This document shows, in pieces, positions 60,001 to 64,000 of a stretch of 64,000 nt of DNA. A program made the position numbers and the translations under genes. The notes under the pieces are model-generated. The model was given only the letters and a program-made list of their open reading frames with translations. It was not told the origin of the DNA and did not search any database. Each line of letters begins with the position of its first letter. The stretch's first letter is position 1. Source of the stretch: Eledone cirrhosa (taxonomy: Eukaryota). The stretch covers positions 150,412,001 through 150,476,000 of the forward strand of contig OZ024741.1 in assembly GCA_964016885.1 (NCBI GenBank). Reading direction: 5' to 3'.

Positions 60001-61561
60001 ACATTAACACTATATCTTCTGTTCTGCTGTTGGTAGACTAAGGCCATGCTGGAGGGAAGACATTAACACTATATCTTCTGTTCTGCTGTTGGTAGACTAC
60101 GGCCATACTGGAGGGAAGACATTAACACTATATCTTCTGTTCTGCTGGTGCGAGACTACGGCCATGCTGGAGGGAAGACATTAACACTATATCTTCTGTT
60201 TTGCTGGTGCTAGACTACGGCAATGCTGGAGGGAAGACATTAACACTATATCTTCTGTTCTGCTGTTGGTAGACTACGGCCATGCTGGAGGGAAGACATT
60301 AACACTATATCTTCTGTTCTGCTGTTGCTAGACTACGGCCATGCTGGAGGGAAGACATTAACACTATATCTTCTGTTCTGCTGTTGCTAGACTACGGCCA
60401 TGCTGGAGGGAAGACATTAACACTATATCTTCTGTTTTGCTGGTGCTAGACTACGACCATGCTGGAGGGAAGACATTAACACTATATCTTCTGTTCTGCT
60501 GTTGGTAGACTAAGGCCATGCTGGAGGGAAGACATTAACACTATATCTTCTGTTCTGCTGTTGGTAGACTACGGCCATGCTGGAGGGAAGACATTAACAC
60601 TATATCTTCTGTTCTGCTGTTGCTAGACTACGGCCATGCTGGAGGGAAGACATTAACACTATATCTTCTGTTTTGCTGTTGCTAGACTACGGCCATGCTA
60701 GAGGGAAGACATTAACACTATATCTTCTGTTCTGCTGTTGCTAGACTACGGCCATGCTGGAGGTCAGACATTAACACTATATCTTCTGTTTTGCTGTTGC
60801 TAGACTACGGCCATGCTGGAGGGAAGACATTAACACTATATCTTCTGTTCTGCTGTTGCTAGACTACGGCCATGCTGGAGGGAAGACATTAACACTATAT
60901 CTTCTGTTCTGCTGTTGCTAGACTACGGCCACGCTGGAGGGCAGACATTAACACTATATCTTCTGTTTTGCTGTTGGTAGACTACGGCCATGCTGGAGGG
61001 AAGACATTAACACTATATCTTCTGTTCTTCTGTTGGTAGACTACGGCCATGCTGGAGGGAAGACATTAACACTATATCTTCTGTTCTGCTGTTGCTAGAC
61101 TACGGCCATGCTGGAGGGAAGACATTAACACTATATCTTCTGTTCTGCTGTTGCTAGACTACGGCCATGCTGGAGGGAAGACATTAACACTATATCTTCT
61201 GTTCTGCTGTTGCTAGACTACGGCCATGCTGGAGGGAAGACATTAACACTATATCTTCTGTTTTGCTGGTGCTAGACTACGGCCATGCTGGAGGGCAGAC
61301 ATTAACACTATATCTTCTGTTTTGCTGTTGGTAGACTACGGCCATGCTGGAGGGAAGACATTAACACTATATCTTCTGTTTTGCTGGTGCTAGACTACGG
61401 CCATGCTGGAGGGAAAACATTAACACTATATCTTCTGTTTTGCTGGTGCTAGACTACGGCCATGCTGGAGGGAAGACATTAACACTATATCTTCTGTTTT
61501 GCTGGTGCTAGACTACGGCCATGCTGGAGGGAAGACATTAACGCTATATCTTCTGTTCTGC
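1..61561. repeat. Tandem satellite array, 59-bp monomer, 1043 full copies plus a 24-bp partial copy, truncated by the window start
   Basis: Monomer read directly. The phase TTAACACTAT recurs exactly at 1, 3541, 7081 and every 60 monomers up to 60181. The last monomer starts at 61538 (1+59x1043) and ends at ...TTCTGC 61561. Main alleles: GAAGACAT/GAGGATAT/GCAGACGT/AGAAGAC, TTCTG/TTTTG/TTTTA/TTCTA, GTTG/GGTG, and G/C/A before TAGAC. Confidence 0.99.
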
Positions 61562-61562
61562 C

Positions 61563-61563
<1 letters not shown>

Positions 61564-61593
<30 letters not shown>

Positions 61594-61874
61594 TGTATGT
61601 ATGTATGTATGTATGTATGTATGTATGTATGTATGAATGTATGTATGTATGTATGTATGAATGTATGTATGTATGTATGTATGTATGTATGTATGTATGT
61701 ATGTATGTATGTATGTATGTATGAATGTATGTATGTATGTATGTATGTATGTATGCGTGTATGTATGTGTGCGTGTGTATTTTTATGTATTTATGTATGT
61801 ATGTATGTACTTATGTATGTATCTATGTATGTATGCATGTATGTATGCGTGTGCGTGTATATGCGTGTATGTAT
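61564..61874 (+). repeat. (TATG)n microsatellite, nearly pure to about 61755, then degenerating to TG/TATG/TGCG
   Basis: Seen directly; occasional TATGAATG interruptions. Confidence 0.97.
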
Positions 61875-62010
61875 ACATAACGGTGTACAAACGACAGAAA
61901 AAGTGCACTGGATACAGGTGATAGTGCATTAAATATATATATTACCAGATTGACGTAGAATTGCATGACTTAGAATGCAATACTGAAATAAGCTGTTAAT
62001 AAATAAGAAA

Positions 62011-62459
62011 ACACACACACACAGACAGACACAGACAGACACAGACAGACACACACACACACGCATACACACACACACACACGAACACACATACACATAC
62101 ACACTAACACACACAAACACACACACACACACACACACACAAGCAGACACACACACACATACACACACACACACATATACACACACTAACGCACAAACAC
62201 ACACACACACACACACACATACACACACGAACACACACACACGAACACACACATACATACACACTAACACACACAAACATACACACACACACACACAGAC
62301 AGACACACACACACATACACACACATACACATACACACACACTAACACACACAAACACACACACACACAAACAGACGGACACACACACACACATACACAT
62401 ACACACACACTAACACACACATACACACACATACACCCCCCCCACACACACATACACAC
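62011..62459 (+). repeat. Compound (CA)n microsatellite with CAGA, CATA, CACTAA and CAAA interruptions
   Basis: Seen directly. Confidence 0.97.
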
Positions 62460-62855
62460 TTTCTCTCAGCAATAGTATAATACTGCAAACTTACTTAAAA
62501 TGTTTCTAATAAATGTCTTTAAACTTTGAATCCATCTTGTATTCACGGCTACTGCTGCTTCTTCCCCAAACTCAATACTTCTCTTTATCTCTCACTTCTG
62601 CTACTACTGCTACTGCACTCACACATTTCTCCACGACCAGTAAAATCGTTATATATATATAAAATCGTTGCGAATAGAAATATATAGGTGGCACTGGAGT
62701 AAAAGGCTGACCAAACAAAACAAAATGTTTTCATCCAATATATATATTCATGATATTTCATGTAAACTATACAATCTTATAAATATACCCCCCACACATC
62801 TACACACATACCCCCACCCCATATATATAAGCGATGGCATAAGTTGCGACCATCA

Positions 62856-62858
<3 letters not shown>

Positions 62859-62934
<76 letters not shown>
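62859..62934. repeat. (AT)38 perfect microsatellite
   Basis: Seen directly. Confidence 0.96.
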
Positions 62935-62940
<6 letters not shown>

Positions 62941-62995
62941 GTGAGGTTTTTTTTACAAAATGAAAAATAACCGAGGTGTCCTACACGAGTGGAAG

Positions 62996-63295
62996 TATAA
63001 AGAAAAAGGGATGAAATCGAAAATGCAACTGAAGTCTTATTTTTTTTTTTTTTATTAAAAATATATATTTATTTGGTTCCTTTACCGGTTTCGCAGTTCT
63101 TCTGCTTTTCAAAAGGTGAGTTGAGATGGAGGGTCTGTGGTTTTTCTCACAGACCCTCCATCTCAACTCACCTTTTGAAAAGCAGAAGAACTGCGAAACC
63201 GGTAAAGGAACCAAATAAATATATATTTTTAATAAAAAAAAAAAAAAAAAAAAAAAATAAGACTTCAGTTGCATTTTCAGATTTCATCCCTTTTT

Positions 63296-63302
<7 letters not shown>
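62996..63302. repeat. Long near-perfect inverted repeat (fold-back): arms 62996-63139 and 63148-63302, 8-nt loop GTTTTTCT
   Basis: ...GAGATGGAGGGTCTGTG-GTTTTTCT-CACAGACCCTCCATCTC... The arms are reverse complements except for T14 versus A24 in a homopolymer and one extra A (TTTTCAGATTT versus expected TTTTCGATTT). Confidence 0.97.

Positions 63303-63346
<44 letters not shown>
63299..63346. repeat. (TA)24 perfect microsatellite
   Basis: Seen directly; overlaps the end of the palindrome's right arm. Confidence 0.96.
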
Positions 63347-63350
<4 letters not shown>

Positions 63351-63438
63351 CAAATAACGAAACGAAATTAAATTTCGTTTCATTTGTAACTCACTTTTGT
63401 ATGACTGACGCTTAAACAATTAAGTTAAAGATGTACAT
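63344..63438 (+). repeat. 95-bp direct repeat, copy 1
   Basis: ATAAAAACAAATAACG...GTTAAAGATGTACAT, identical to 63811-63905. Confidence 0.95.
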
Positions 63439-63688
63439 CCATATATGTATACTGAAATACTAGTATGTATATGAATACACACACGTATACATATGTAGAT
63501 GTACCAAGTTTTTTCACTGGTCACTTTACTGTGAGTGGCCAGCTATTCTGTATGTAAACACACAGACAAACCGGTTTTTAGAGTCATACTGGTTTTTGAG
63601 GAAACACCTTTCCTCTATTCTTCAGAAAGCCAGACAAGGAATATTGAACTAGTTTCGTTGTTGTTACAACTCATCAGCAATATTTACC

Positions 63689-63736
63689 TATCTTCCGGCC
63701 TCTCTAGAGAATCGTAAAAGCACATATCGTTATATG
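63689..63736 (+). repeat. 48-bp segment whose inverted copy lies at 63903-63950
   Basis: TATCTTCCGGCC...ATCGTTATATG is the exact reverse complement of CATATAACGAT...GGCCGGAAGATA. Confidence 0.95.
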
Positions 63737-63810
63737 CTTTTTCTATGAAAATTAGTAGTGGGCAGACCAATTTGCATAGAGTGTGAGTAAGTACCGGTTC
63801 AACGGAGACG

Positions 63811-63905
63811 ATAAAAACAAATAACGAAACGAAATTAAATTTCGTTTCATTTGTAACTCACTTTTGTATGACTGACGCTTAAACAATTAAGTTAAAGATG
63901 TACAT
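63811..63905 (+). repeat. 95-bp direct repeat, copy 2
   Basis: Identical to 63344-63438. Confidence 0.95.
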
Positions 63906-63950
63906 ATAACGATATGTGCTTTTACGATTCTCTAGAGAGGCCGGAAGATA
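63903..63950 (-). repeat. Inverted copy of 63689-63736
   Basis: Exact reverse complement; shares CAT (63903-63905) with the end of the direct-repeat copy. Confidence 0.95.
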
Positions 63951-63956
63951 ACATAT

Positions 63957-64000
63957 AACAATTAAGTTAAAGATGTACATATAACGATATGTGCTTTTAC
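63957..64000 (+). repeat. Direct re-copy of 63882-63925, spanning the earlier junction and running off the window end
   Basis: AACAATTAAGTTAAAGATGTACATATAACGATATGTGCTTTTAC is present at both positions. Confidence 0.93.

Noticed and set aside
1-61561. CRISPR-like array
   Set aside because: No unique spacers; the whole 59-bp unit repeats with only point variants. No cas genes, and the context is eukaryotic.
1-61561. Repetitive protein-coding region
   Set aside because: 59 is not a multiple of 3 and each monomer has TAA/TAG on both strands, so all frames close within about three units. The ORF track is empty here.
1-61561. Hammerhead-ribozyme satellite, as in newt, schistosome or cricket satellites
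   Set aside because: The CTGATGA and GAAA core boxes are absent from the consensus on both strands; rare CTGATG variants are followed by T.
1-61561. Tandem tRNA, 5S, spliced-leader or telomeric repeat array
   Set aside because: No cloverleaf, A/B boxes, Sm site with donor, or telomere motif is recognisable in the monomer.
61573-62459. ORFs rich in MYVC/CV repeats
   Set aside because: These are translations of stop-free (TATG)n and (TG)n microsatellites, not Cys-rich proteins.
62668-62859. 63-aa ORF
   Set aside because: TTG start, low-complexity AT-rich sequence, no recognisable domain.
63090-63140. Palindrome arm resembling the satellite (TCTTCTG, TGGAGGG)
   Set aside because: Only 7-nt matches, expected by chance.
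62981-63419. Near-identical ORFs on opposite strands (VPLPVSQFF...)
   Set aside because: The similarity follows from the palindrome, and poly-F/K and YI runs come from homopolymers and (TA)n.
63535-63717. 60-aa ORF
   Set aside because: GTG start, threshold length, no motif, and it overlaps rearranged sequence.

Overview
Eukaryotic non-coding DNA; I can support no gene here. Positions 1-61561 (96% of the window) are one uninterrupted head-to-tail satellite array of a 59-bp monomer (consensus TTAACACTATATCTTCTGTTCTGCTGTTG[G/C]TAGACTACGGCCATGCTGGAGGGAAGACA). It has 1043 full copies plus a 24-bp partial copy and is open at the left edge. Variation looks substitution-only, and rare variants reveal local 2-mer/3-mer periodicity and nested block duplications from 8 to 681 monomers apart. 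The array stops abruptly at a (TATG)n microsatellite. The remaining 2.4 kb is AT-rich and holds (CA)n and (TA)n tracts, a near-perfect 307-bp fold-back palindrome (62996-63302), and a cluster of short direct and inverted templated copies joined by 3-bp microhomologies (63344-64000). All supplied ORFs are by-products of these repeats. From memory, part of the monomer resembles the 3' end of an abundant octopus SINE, so a cephalopod origin is possible but unverified. I found no evidence of a new protein-coding system; the notable signals are structural and evolutionary.
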